DNA of 64,000 bases from Methanobacteriota archaeon (GTDB lineage Archaea; JAADCQ01; Methanopyri; Methanopyrales; Methanopyraceae): the NCBI GenBank assembly GCA_027064425.1, contig JAMOPO010000003.1:100607-164606 (forward strand), in the 5' to 3' direction. The translations under genes and the position numbers were made by a program. Positions 19,027-28,442 of the stretch are shown here, piece by piece. Position 1 is the stretch's first letter, and each line of letters opens with the position of its first letter. The notes below the pieces were generated by a model. The model worked only from the letters and a program-made list of their open reading frames with translations. It was not told the DNA's origin and searched no databases.

Positions 19027-20242
19027 GGCCTGCGCCAGGCGACTGGCCGAGTTGGGGATCAGGGTTTACGCCTCCGACCTCAGAACCGACGTGGACACGT
19101 CCGACCTGGAAGAACTCGACAACGTGGAGGTGGACCTGGGGACCCACGATCTGGATAAGATCGCCGAGTGCGAGGCCGTGTACGCGTCCCCGAGCATCCC
19201 CGACGATGCCGAAATCGTTCGGAAAATCCGCGAGCTCGAGGTCCCGTTCCTCGAAGACGCGCTGACGTGGCCCGAAGAGGCCGACTTCATCGTCGTCAGC
19301 GGCACGAACGGCAAGACCACCACGGTTCACATGATCGGGCACCTGCTCGACGCCCTCGGTGTCGACCACCTGCTGGGCGGGAACGCTGGCGGCGGGTTCG
19401 ACGGCTACGCGACACTCTACGTCCGCGCGGAGCTGGAGCGCCCGGACGTGGTCGTATGCGAGGTCTGCGATATGACCCTTGACTACTTCACCACCCGAGC
19501 CCCCGGCTACGACGTGGCCGTGTTCCTGAACTTGGGGAGGGATCACCTCGACTACCACGGGTCGCTGGACCGGTACGCGGAGCGGGCGGCAAGGTTCTGC
19601 GACGAGGCCGAGGTGGCCGTGGTGAAGTGCTCAGGCCGCGAGCGTGACGTGGTGCGCTTGATGTCATCCGACCCCGTCTGCTTCGATCGACTCGATGTGG
19701 AGCCGGAGCTGCGGCTCCGGGGCAGGTTCTACGAGCTGGACGCGAAGGCCGCGATCGCGGCGGTCTCCGAGGTCACCGGGGAGGACCCGGACGAGCTGGC
19801 CGACCTGCTGTCGGACTTCCGGGGCGTGCCGGGCAGGGTGAGGGAGTACAAGGTCGACGGGGGAGCGGTGGTGGTCGGGAAGACGGACAACCTCTCGGCG
19901 CTCCGGGCCGTCGTGCGGGATTACGGACCGCTCGACATCGTGTTCTGGGGCACCCCGAGACCGGGTGAGGACTACCGGATCCGCGGTCTGGGCCGGGTTC
20001 TCAAGGAGGCTGGCGTCGAGGAGGTACTGGTCTTTCCCGGCCTCTCGGAGGAGACCGTCCCGGACGTCCTCCGGGAGCTCGAAGGGTCGGGGTTGGAGGC
20101 CCGTGAGGTTCCCGCGGACGAGGTGGTCGAGCGGGCGCTGGAGGCGGCCAGAGAAGGGGCCCGGGTCGGCATACTAGGGAACGGTCAGCGCCGGATCACC
20201 CGGATGCAGAGGGAGGTGGAGGAGGCGCTGGAAACGCAGTAG
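18977..20242 (+). CDS. MurD-like peptide ligase (pseudomurein biosynthesis)
   Basis: IGLGVEG Rossmann motif, SPSIP, VSGTNGKTTT, GGNAGG, DHLDYH and FRGVPGR. Confidence 0.88.
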   Translation: MSVPESIAVIGLGVEGRACARRLAELGIRVYASDLRTDVDTSDLEELDNVEVDLGTHDLDKIAECEAVYASPSIPDDAEIVRKIRELEVPFLEDALTWPEEADFIVVSGTNGKTTTVHMIGHLLDALGVDHLLGGNAGGGFDGYATLYVRAELERPDVVVCEVCDMTLDYFTTRAPGYDVAVFLNLGRDHLDYHGSLDRYAERAARFCDEAEVAVVKCSGRERDVVRLMSSDPVCFDRLDVEPELRLRGRFYELDAKAAIAAVSEVTGEDPDELADLLSDFRGVPGRVREYKVDGGAVVVGKTDNLSALRAVVRDYGPLDIVFWGTPRPGEDYRIRGLGRVLKEAGVEEVLVFPGLSEETVPDVLRELEGSGLEAREVPADEVVERALEAAREGARVGILGNGQRRITRMQREVEEALETQ

Positions 20243-20275
20243 CCTTTTGATCGTGCCCGCCCCCTCCCGACGGGG

Positions 20276-21028
20276 GTGCCGGGGGTGGGACGCGTCGAGT
20301 TCATCCGCGTGATGGACGAGGTGCCGGAGTGCGAGGTGCTGATCGAGGGGTACCCGGGCATCGGCATGGTAGGCGTAATCGCCGTGCGGCACATGGTGAT
20401 GGAGTTCGGGGCCGAGCCCGCGTTCGTGATGAAGACGGAGGACATGCCCACGGCCGCGATCGTGCACGACGGGCGCGTGTACCCCTCCGCGGGCCTGTTC
20501 GTGAGCGGTGAGGAGGGTCTCGCGTTCTTTTACTCCGAGCAGGCCGATCTGCGCCCGGGCATTGTCCAGGAGATCTCTGAGTCGGTGGCCGACCTCGCGC
20601 GCGAGGTGGGCGTGGAGACGATCGTATGCTTAGCCGGTATCAGGGCCCCGGAGCCGGAGGATGAGCCCAGCCTGTACTACGCCGCCACCTCGGAGCGGGC
20701 GGCCGAGCCGTTCAAGGACGTCGCGGAGCCGCTGGAGCGGGGCACGATCACCGGGGTCAGCGGTCCGCTGCTGCTCGAGGGGGACCTCCGCGGGCTGGAG
20801 GCCGTCTGCCTCCTCGTGGAGACCCCGGGGACGTACCCTGACCCCCGGGCCGCCTCCAAGGTGGTCGAGGCGCTGAACGAGGGGCTGGGGCTGGACATTG
20901 ATACCTCCAAGCTCGAGGAGGAGGCGGAGCGTATCGCCAAGGCGGTGGAGGAGACCATGGAGAGGATGCGCCGCGAGCGCGTGGAGGAGGAAGAGGAGGA
21001 GGCACCCACCGAGCGGATGTTCGTGTAG
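20276..21028 (+). CDS. PAC2-family proteasome assembly chaperone-like protein
   Basis: LIEGYPGIGMVG.IA, ITGVSGPLL, PDPRAA and IDTSKLEEEAE. Confidence 0.88.
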   Translation: MPGVGRVEFIRVMDEVPECEVLIEGYPGIGMVGVIAVRHMVMEFGAEPAFVMKTEDMPTAAIVHDGRVYPSAGLFVSGEEGLAFFYSEQADLRPGIVQEISESVADLAREVGVETIVCLAGIRAPEPEDEPSLYYAATSERAAEPFKDVAEPLERGTITGVSGPLLLEGDLRGLEAVCLLVETPGTYPDPRAASKVVEALNEGLGLDIDTSKLEEEAERIAKAVEETMERMRRERVEEEEEEAPTERMFV

Positions 21029-21040
21029 GGTGGGTCGGCC

Positions 21041-21436
21041 TTGAGAATGCCCGCCATCACCGGTGTGAGCCCCCGAGTGCTCGAGCAGCTGGCCGCCGGT
21101 GGCAGCGTGCAGATCCTGATCAGGAGCAGCAACAACCTGGACGCGGTAAGGAAGCTCGAGCCGGGCGACTACGTGTTCGTGACCAGCGTTGGGAAGCGGG
21201 AGATGAAGGAGGGCGTCGAGGGGATCGTGGCCACTGTGAAGTCCATCCGGATCGTCCACGAGCGGCTCGTCTCGGGCGGGCCCGAGGAGGAACACTTCGA
21301 GCGGGAGTTCGAGGCCGCGAGGATCGTGCTAACGAAATCGGGGCTCGGCAGCGTCCGGGAGGTGAAGGACTACGGGCTCGGGAAGCGCACCGAGGTGGAG
21401 GTAGAGCTGAGGTCGACGGTCTCAGAGGCCTACTGA
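21041..21436 (+). CDS. DUF473-family protein
   Basis: AITGVSP.VL..L, IRSSNN, L.PGD.VFVT and G.EGIVA.V pattern. Confidence 0.7.
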   Translation: MRMPAITGVSPRVLEQLAAGGSVQILIRSSNNLDAVRKLEPGDYVFVTSVGKREMKEGVEGIVATVKSIRIVHERLVSGGPEEEHFEREFEAARIVLTKSGLGSVREVKDYGLGKRTEVEVELRSTVSEAY

Positions 21437-21446
21437 GGGGTAGGGG

Positions 21447-22235
21447 ATGATCCGCTGGCTCGCGGCCTTCCTGGCGGCCCTTACGCTGCTGGCCCCTGCC
21501 ATCATCGCCGTGCGCGACGCCGAGCAGGCGGCCGCGTACGCGAACTCGGTACGACAGCGAATGGGCTGGAAACCGCTGCCGCCGGACCTGCTCCCCTACT
21601 GCGACATGCTCGACGTGGTCACGTGCCGGGTCGGCGGCGTCCCCGTCGCCAAGCTCTTCATCTACCCGCCGCTCAGGCCGGTCACGATCCCCCGGGTGGC
21701 GCCGGGAGAGCGCGAAATCGACGTCGTGAGGGACATCGCCCGCTTCGTCTCCGACACCATGACGTACGACGTGTGCTCCGAGCCGTCGCAGTACACCCCG
21801 GACGTGCTCGAGAGGACCGTGGGTCAGCTGCTGCTCACCGGACACTGGCGGGGCGCGTGCGGCACGGCCGCGTACCTGTTCTCGTACCTGTGCAGGTGCT
21901 ACGGCATCCCGACCCGGATCGTTCTGATCGAGCCCTCGGGCGTTCCCACCGTGGTACCCGGCACCCGGGTGGCACCGGCCCGAGTGATGCTTCACGCCCA
22001 GGTTCAGGTGTGGGTGGACGGTCGATGGATCACCGTGGATCCCTCCGTCGGCATCGTGGGCGACTCCGACAAGCCCGTGAAGGGGAGCAGAGTCCGCCCG
22101 GACGGCACCGTGCTCCAGACGCCCGGAGTCCGCCGGTGGATGGTCGAGTCGCAGGGGCCGGTCGTCTTCTGGACGAACCTCACCGCCCTCGCCCGGTACG
22201 TTCTCCGGCTGTCCGAGGGCATCAGTGCTTCTTGA
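21447..22235 (+). CDS. Secreted transglutaminase-like cysteine protease
   Basis: N-terminal signal/TM segment, GACG..A.LF..LCR..GIP.R and HAQVQV..DGRWITVDP (Cys-His-Asp triad). Confidence 0.8.
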   Translation: MIRWLAAFLAALTLLAPAIIAVRDAEQAAAYANSVRQRMGWKPLPPDLLPYCDMLDVVTCRVGGVPVAKLFIYPPLRPVTIPRVAPGEREIDVVRDIARFVSDTMTYDVCSEPSQYTPDVLERTVGQLLLTGHWRGACGTAAYLFSYLCRCYGIPTRIVLIEPSGVPTVVPGTRVAPARVMLHAQVQVWVDGRWITVDPSVGIVGDSDKPVKGSRVRPDGTVLQTPGVRRWMVESQGPVVFWTNLTALARYVLRLSEGISAS

Positions 22236-24051
22236 GGATCTCCTCGTAGATCCTTCGGACCTTCTTGATCGTGTCCGCATCCTCCGGGCCCAGGTCCTCC
22301 CTGACCCGGACCAGCCTCGGGAACCGCAGGGCGAACCCGGACGAGTACTTCGGGCTCTTTTGGATGTCCTCGAACTCGACCTCGAACACGATCTCCGGCT
22401 TGAACCGGACCTCGCGCCCGGACTCCTCGACCACCAGATCCTTCTCCTCGACGAACAGCTTGGTCAGTCGCTCGAGCGTCTCGTCGTCCATTCCCGTCCC
22501 GACCTTACCCACCTCTAGCAGCTTCTCCTTGTTCTCATCCCACACGGCCAGCAGGTACGAGCCGATCAGTCCCTTCCGCTTGCCCTTGCCCCAGATACCA
22601 CCGACGACCACGCAGTCCAGCGTCTCGAGCACCGGCTTGACCTTGAGCATCTTCTTCCCGCGGACGCCCGGCGTGTAGTCCGCGCTCAGGTCCTTCACCA
22701 TCACGCCCTCGTGACCCATCTCCAGCGCCTCGTGGAACATCTCCGCCGCCTCCTTCGGGTCGTCGGTGATGAGCTGGTCCACGAGCATCACTTTGCCCTC
22801 CTGCTCGTTCACGATCTCCTCCAGGCGCCGGCGGCGCTCCTCGAACGGCGCGTCCACCAGGGACTCACCGTCCACGTACAGGCAGTCGAACAGGTACAGC
22901 TCGACCGGGATCTCGCGCCGGACCTCCTCGATGTCGTACTTCCGCTTGATCCGGTGCAGCAGCTCCTGGAACGGTCGCGGCTTGCCGGTCTCCGGGTCGA
23001 TCGCGACCGCCTCTCCCTCCAGGATGAACTCGTCCGCGTCCACGCACTCCTTGACCGCCTCCACGAGGTCCGGCAGCGCGTGCGTCACGTCCTCGATCCG
23101 GCGCGTGTAGACGCGTACTTCCTCACCGTCCGAGTGCACCTGCACCCGGGCGCCGTCCAGCTTGATCTCAACCGCTCCCTTACCGCCCACCTCCGCCAGC
23201 GCCTCCTTCACGTTCCGCGCCGCCTGCGCGAGCATCGGCTTGATCGGCCGCATCGGCTTCAGGTCGATCTGCTTCAGCCCCTCCTCACCCTCCGTCGCCG
23301 CGACCTTGGCCACCAAGCCGATGTCGTTGGAGAGCATGTGCGCCCGCTCGACCAGCTTCTTGCTGACGCCGAACGCCTGAGAGATGGCCTCCTCGACCGT
23401 GTTCTCGCGCACGCCGGTGCGCAGCTCCTCCAGCACCTGCCGGACCAGGTACCGCGCCTCCTTCGGTCGGGCCCGGGCCAGCAGCCCCATCAGCAGCCTC
23501 ATCTTCCGCTTGACCGCTCCCTCCCCCTCCACCTCCGCGACCTTTTCGAACGTCTCTCGCACCTCCTGAACGGTCAGCGGCTGCGAGGAGAATAGCGTGG
23601 ACGTCTTCTTCCTCCTCAACAGCTCCTCGGCCACCGAGCCCAGGTCGCCCAGCTGCTTGAACAGCTCCGTCACCTCGGACTCGGAGGCGCCCGTCGCCTG
23701 CGCGATCGTCTTCTGCATCAGCTTGGTACCGATGCCCAGCTCCCGCGAGTCCCAGCCCGGGAAGACCTGGTTGGCCAGGAAGACGGCCACCGTGTCGAGC
23801 GCGTCCTCAGGGCACTGCCGCAGGAACTGAGCGATGAGCGCGATCTTCGCCTTTCGGGAGCTGATCCGCTCCAGCCGCTCGAACGCCTCCGCCAGCGAGG
23901 AGTAGTACACGTCCCCATCCGTGGTCTTAACCTCCAGGCTGGGCGAGGGCTCACGCTCCCTTCTCTCCTTCTCCTCCTTACCCTTACCCTTGGGAGGAGA
24001 GGTTATGAACGAGTCCAGCCTGCGCGAGCCCGGGGGGCGCGTCCGGGCCAC
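22222..24051 (-). CDS. lig: ATP-dependent DNA ligase
   Basis: EIKLDGARVQVH (motif I), EGVMVK, MLKVKP, LDCVVVG and ALRFPR. Confidence 0.97.
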   Translation of the reverse strand: MARTRPPGSRRLDSFITSPPKGKGKEEKERREREPSPSLEVKTTDGDVYYSSLAEAFERLERISSRKAKIALIAQFLRQCPEDALDTVAVFLANQVFPGWDSRELGIGTKLMQKTIAQATGASESEVTELFKQLGDLGSVAEELLRRKKTSTLFSSQPLTVQEVRETFEKVAEVEGEGAVKRKMRLLMGLLARARPKEARYLVRQVLEELRTGVRENTVEEAISQAFGVSKKLVERAHMLSNDIGLVAKVAATEGEEGLKQIDLKPMRPIKPMLAQAARNVKEALAEVGGKGAVEIKLDGARVQVHSDGEEVRVYTRRIEDVTHALPDLVEAVKECVDADEFILEGEAVAIDPETGKPRPFQELLHRIKRKYDIEEVRREIPVELYLFDCLYVDGESLVDAPFEERRRRLEEIVNEQEGKVMLVDQLITDDPKEAAEMFHEALEMGHEGVMVKDLSADYTPGVRGKKMLKVKPVLETLDCVVVGGIWGKGKRKGLIGSYLLAVWDENKEKLLEVGKVGTGMDDETLERLTKLFVEEKDLVVEESGREVRFKPEIVFEVEFEDIQKSPKYSSGFALRFPRLVRVREDLGPEDADTIKKVRRIYEEILKKH

Positions 24052-24125
24052 GATCCACTCCCCCCGATCACCCGTGTTCGAGCCGTAAAAAACGCATTCG
24101 CGATCGGTCGGGCGGCACTCGCGCC

Positions 24126-25028
24126 ATGGTGATGGTGGAACGGGTGGTCCAGGCGTTCCCGCAGATGGAGCCGGAGGACTTCAAGGTCCTTCGCGCCCTG
24201 GAGCTCGAGATGCGCCACCACGAGTGGGTCCCGTTCGAGCGCCTGCTCGAGCGGACGGGGTTCGACGAGAAGGAGCTCGGCTACCGGCTCTCCCGGCTGG
24301 ACCGGTGGGACATGATCATCCGAACGCGGCGTGAGACGGTCGGCTACCTCGGTTACCAGCTACGCCCGGAGGGGTACGACGCCCTCGCGCTCCGCGTCCT
24401 GGTGGAGGAGGGCATCATCGAGGGTCTAGGGCCCGAGATCGGCGTGGGCAAGGAGGCGGACGTGTACCTGGGCATCTCGCCCAAGGGCGTCGAGCTGGCG
24501 GTCAAGTTCAACCGGATCGGGCGGACGAGCTACACCAAGATCAAGCGCTACCGGGAGTACGTGAAGGATAAGCGCCACATCTCCTGGCTCTACGTCAACC
24601 GGCTGACCGCCGAGCGGGAGTTCGAGGCGCTCCTGCACCTGTACCCGGAGGGCGTGCCCGTGCCGCGGCCCGTTTACCAGAACCGGCACGTGCTGGTCAT
24701 GACGAAGTTCGATGGAAAGGAGCTGGCGGAGACCCGCGTCGACGACCCGGAGCGGGTCCTCCGGGAGATCCTGGACGCTTACCATCAGGCCCTCGAGGTG
24801 GGAGTAGTCCACGGGGACCTGAGCCAGTTCAACATCGTGGTCGAGAACGACGGCAGCGTGCTCCTGATCGACTGGGCGCACTGGGTGGACCTCAGTCACC
24901 CGTCCGCGTCCGAGCTGATCGAGCGGGACGTCCGAAACGTGTGCGAGTACTTCCGGCGAAAGTACAGAATCTCGGTAGACTACCGGGAGTTCCTGCCGGA
25001 TGAGGAGGTTTACGGGGATCGAGGGTAG
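24126..25028 (+). CDS. rio2: RIO2-type Ser/Thr kinase
   Basis: N-terminal wHTH (MRHHEWVP, GYDALAL), GVGKEADVY, HGDLSQFNI and IDW. Confidence 0.92.
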   Translation: MVMVERVVQAFPQMEPEDFKVLRALELEMRHHEWVPFERLLERTGFDEKELGYRLSRLDRWDMIIRTRRETVGYLGYQLRPEGYDALALRVLVEEGIIEGLGPEIGVGKEADVYLGISPKGVELAVKFNRIGRTSYTKIKRYREYVKDKRHISWLYVNRLTAEREFEALLHLYPEGVPVPRPVYQNRHVLVMTKFDGKELAETRVDDPERVLREILDAYHQALEVGVVHGDLSQFNIVVENDGSVLLIDWAHWVDLSHPSASELIERDVRNVCEYFRRKYRISVDYREFLPDEEVYGDRG

Positions 25029-25144
25029 TCCCCGATGAGAGGGTGGCCCGTTACCGACGGCGGGTTGGCGGATCGGCGACACCTGCGCCCGTCTCGCAAC
25101 CGTAAAAAGCGTCCGCCGGCGAGGGGCTGCCGGGGCGGCCGCGG

Positions 25145-26044
25145 ATGCCGATCGAGATCGACCTGGACTCCTGCCTGCTCTGCGAGGCCTGCGTCGCGGC
25201 CTGCCCGACCGGGGCCATCCGACGGGAAGATGACGACATGAACCACTGCATCGTGTGCGGAGCCTGCGCCAAGGCGTGCCCCAACGACGCGCTGGAGGTG
25301 GAGGACCTCGAGCGGGAGATCGACGGCGAGACGGCCGAGGTCAAGCGGATCGGCTGGCGGCCCGAGGAGTGCGAGAAGGAGGAGCCGCCGATCTGCGGTG
25401 AGCACTGCCCGCAGGAGATCCTGCGCATCGAGGACGGGTACCCCGAGCTGAAGGGCTTCTGCGTGATGTGCCTGCGGTGCATGGAGACGTGCCCGATCGA
25501 CGCGATCGGCGTCAAGGGCGTCGTCGAGCCCAAGTCCGAGCCGCCGGAGCACCCGGAGGACAAGGAGGTGTACGTGCACCCGGACCGGTGCGTCGGCTGC
25601 GCCTACTGCGTGCAGGTCTGCCCGAACGACGCGATCGAGCTGGTTTCGACCGACGAGGAGTTCTTCAAGGCCGAGGAGAACGAGTGGTCCCCAGTGTACG
25701 TGGACCCCGAGACGCTCGAGCTCAAGCAGGGGCGTAAGGTCGCCAGGATCGATGAGGACAAGTGCGCCGGCTGCACCCTGTGCGCCCAAGTGTGCCCGTG
25801 GGGCGCGATCACGGCCTCGCGGGAGGTCCCGGTTCAGCCCCGGGAGGTCGAGAACGAGGTGGATGAGGATGCCTGCGTCGGCTGCGGGGTCTGCGCCGAG
25901 GTCTGCCCGGGCAACCTCATCGAGGTGGACGGAGTGGCCAAGGTGCCCGAGAAGTGCCCCGCGTGCAAGCTCTGCGAGCGAGCGTGCCCGGTGGACGCCA
26001 TCAAGGTCAACGTCACCTACGAGCGCGCCGGAACCATGAAGTAA
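25145..26044 (+). CDS. Polyferredoxin (MvhB-like)
   Basis: Seven canonical CxxCxxCxxxCP motifs plus one degenerate motif (CEKEEPPICGEHCP). Confidence 0.9.
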   Translation: MPIEIDLDSCLLCEACVAACPTGAIRREDDDMNHCIVCGACAKACPNDALEVEDLEREIDGETAEVKRIGWRPEECEKEEPPICGEHCPQEILRIEDGYPELKGFCVMCLRCMETCPIDAIGVKGVVEPKSEPPEHPEDKEVYVHPDRCVGCAYCVQVCPNDAIELVSTDEEFFKAEENEWSPVYVDPETLELKQGRKVARIDEDKCAGCTLCAQVCPWGAITASREVPVQPREVENEVDEDACVGCGVCAEVCPGNLIEVDGVAKVPEKCPACKLCERACPVDAIKVNVTYERAGTMK

Positions 26045-26075
26045 CGCCCCGTCCGCTCCCCCACCAGGGCGCTCC

Positions 26076-26870
26076 ATGAGGATCGGCTCGTACCAGCTCG
26101 GAGGCTCCTACCGCCCCGCGGTCTTCACGGACGACGGGGTGAAGGTGTACCAGGCCTCCTTCCGCGAGTTCCTCCAGGCCGCCCACTCCGGCGATCTCGA
26201 CGACCTAGACTACCAGCGAGTCCCCCTCCGCGAGGGCAGGATCGGTCCCCCGGTCCCCCGGCCGCCGAAGATCATCTGCTTCGGGCTGAACTACCGGGAG
26301 CACGTCGAGGAGCTGCGAGAGATGGGAATGGAGGTCCCGGAGAAGCCGGTGATGACCATGAAGGCGCCCACCGCCGTCATCGGCCACCTGGACACCGTCG
26401 TGATCCCGCGCGATGTGGGCCGCGTCGATCACGAGCTGGAGCTCGCGGTCGTGATCGGCGAGCGCTGCCGCCGAGTCTCCCCGGAGGAGGCTCGGGACGT
26501 TGTCTTGGGCTTCACGATCATCAACGACGTGACGGCCCGCGACGTCGAGCGGGAGGAGGGCCAGTGGGTCCGGGCCAAGAGCTACGACACGTTCGCGCCC
26601 ATGGGCCCCTGGATCGAGACGGAGCTTGAGCCCGAGAGCCTGGACATGCGCCTCGAGGTCAACGGTGAGGTCCGGCAGCGGGCCAACACGGACGACATGG
26701 TCATGGACCCGTACGAGCTCGTCGCGTACACCTCACAGGTGATGACGCTCGAGCCCGGGGACGTGATCGCGACGGGCACGCCACCCGGCGTCGGGCCCAT
26801 GGAACCCGAGGACAAGGTCGAGCTGACCATCGAGGGCATCGGCACGCTGACTCACTACGTGGGCAGGTAG
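26076..26870 (+). CDS. Fumarylacetoacetate hydrolase family protein
   Basis: KIICFGLNYREH, DHELELAVVIG, NDVTARD, KSYDTFAPMGP and TGTPPGVG. Confidence 0.92.
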   Translation: MRIGSYQLGGSYRPAVFTDDGVKVYQASFREFLQAAHSGDLDDLDYQRVPLREGRIGPPVPRPPKIICFGLNYREHVEELREMGMEVPEKPVMTMKAPTAVIGHLDTVVIPRDVGRVDHELELAVVIGERCRRVSPEEARDVVLGFTIINDVTARDVEREEGQWVRAKSYDTFAPMGPWIETELEPESLDMRLEVNGEVRQRANTDDMVMDPYELVAYTSQVMTLEPGDVIATGTPPGVGPMEPEDKVELTIEGIGTLTHYVGR

Positions 26871-26922
26871 GGTGTCGGCAATCCTGTCAGTCGTCATCCG
26901 CACGCTCAGCCCTGGCCGCTCG

Positions 26923-28224
26923 TCATCCACCCTCCCGGATCGGGGAGGGCTCCAGCAGGCCCAGATCCACGAGGTACTCCGGCTTGGACAGGTGCCGCCG
27001 GGCCGCGGGGGGCGCCTCGTAAACCCGGCCCTCGACCAGCTCCCGAGGCACCTCCATCCGGACCTTGGCGTCCTCCGGCGCCCAGTCACCGCAGCGCCTG
27101 CACTTGAACCCTTTCCCCCGCCCGGCCGAGCTCATTCTCCGCTCACACCTACCGCAGATGGGTCGAATCTCCCGCTCCTCTCGGGCCAACTCCAACGGGA
27201 GGAGCTTCTCAACGTTGATCGTCCTGGGATGCTTCGGCGTCTCGGGCCTCACCGCGCCCGCCACCCGGATGACGTCGCCCGGCCGCAGCGCCTCCACGAC
27301 CTCCGTCAGCGGCCTCGCCGGGGCGAACGCCGCCAGGTCGACCCGGTTCCCGTCCTCGTCCTCGCACGGGACGACCACGTGTCCCCCGCGAATTCGGCGC
27401 GGCTCGCCCTCCACTCGAACCTCCACCACCACGCTCTCGTAGTCCGAGGCCTCCGACAGGTCCCCGACGGGTCGTAGGTGCGCGTCCGTCCCCTGGTTCG
27501 TTTCGAAGACGACGTAGTCGGCCACGGGCTCCCGGGTCTCGACGAGCTCCGGTACCAGCTCCTCGAGGACCCAGGCCTCCACGGCCCGCACGCCGTACAG
27601 GACGGGGCACGGCGTGTTGGGCGTGATCAGCACCTCACCGTGCAGCCGGTCCACGTTGTCGAAGGTGATCGGGAACGTGCGCTCGTCCATTCTCCACACC
27701 GAGTCCTCCACCACCCGGCGCTCTCGGCCCCAGAACCGCTCCTCCCGGTACGCGATCCCCTCGTAGGTCACCTCCCGCCCTCGCAGCCGCGCGAAGCCCA
27801 GCGCGGCGATCGCCCCCACGACGCCGCGCCCACTCCGGAGCACCTCCACCTCGTCGACGCGCTCCAGCACCTCGCTCGGGCCGACGATCCGTCGGACCGC
27901 CTCTTTATATACCACCTCGCAGGTCCTCGGGGGGCGGCGACCGGGGTAAAGCACCACCCCGGGCCGAGTCTCGGGATGATCACCGGTCAGCTCGTCGAGG
28001 ACACGCTCCACCACCTCCCTCACGTCCACCTCGCCCTCGACCCTCAAGGCCACCGCCGCGTTGCCCCTCGTCTTGAACGGAACGTTCGGATTCAGCCGGA
28101 CGAGGAACGGCCGGCCCACGCACTCCGCCCCGGCCCGCTCCAGCTCTCGCATCAGCCGGACCGCGGTGTAGGTGGTGCACCCACCGTCCGGCGCGTCGGT
28201 GTCGTCGAGGCCTATCCATAGCAT
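26923..28224 (-). CDS. tiaS: tRNA(Ile2) agmatinylcytidine synthetase
   Basis: IGLDDTD...GGCTTY, LVRLNPNVPFKTRGN, TNQGTDAH, Zn ribbon and RRHLSKP. Confidence 0.95.
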   Translation of the reverse strand: MLWIGLDDTDAPDGGCTTYTAVRLMRELERAGAECVGRPFLVRLNPNVPFKTRGNAAVALRVEGEVDVREVVERVLDELTGDHPETRPGVVLYPGRRPPRTCEVVYKEAVRRIVGPSEVLERVDEVEVLRSGRGVVGAIAALGFARLRGREVTYEGIAYREERFWGRERRVVEDSVWRMDERTFPITFDNVDRLHGEVLITPNTPCPVLYGVRAVEAWVLEELVPELVETREPVADYVVFETNQGTDAHLRPVGDLSEASDYESVVVEVRVEGEPRRIRGGHVVVPCEDEDGNRVDLAAFAPARPLTEVVEALRPGDVIRVAGAVRPETPKHPRTINVEKLLPLELAREEREIRPICGRCERRMSSAGRGKGFKCRRCGDWAPEDAKVRMEVPRELVEGRVYEAPPAARRHLSKPEYLVDLGLLEPSPIREGG

Positions 28225-28250
28225 GACAGACCGCCCGAGGGGAGGTGAGG

Positions 28251-28442
28251 ATGGCGAGCCAAAAGATGGTCGCGGCCGTCGTGGCTCACCTGCTCCCCTT
28301 CTTCATGGGCGGCGCCGGCATCTGCTTCCTGCTCCTCGCCTCCCTGCAGGACGATGAGGCGCTGCGGAGGCTGGGGCTCCTCCTGGTGATCCTCACCGGG
28401 CCGATATCGGTCGCGGTCTCCCTAGCCATCGTAGGGGGGTGA
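28251..28442 (+). CDS. Small two-TM membrane protein
   Basis: Perfect GGAGGTGA SD, two hydrophobic helices, GTGA overlap with the next gene. Confidence 0.6.
   Translation: MASQKMVAAVVAHLLPFFMGGAGICFLLLASLQDDEALRRLGLLLVILTGPISVAVSLAIVGG

Noticed and set aside
25030-25090. Possible C/D box sRNA (CGATGA...CCGA) after rio2
   Set aside because: No convincing C' box or terminal CTGA D box, and I cannot verify a guide target.
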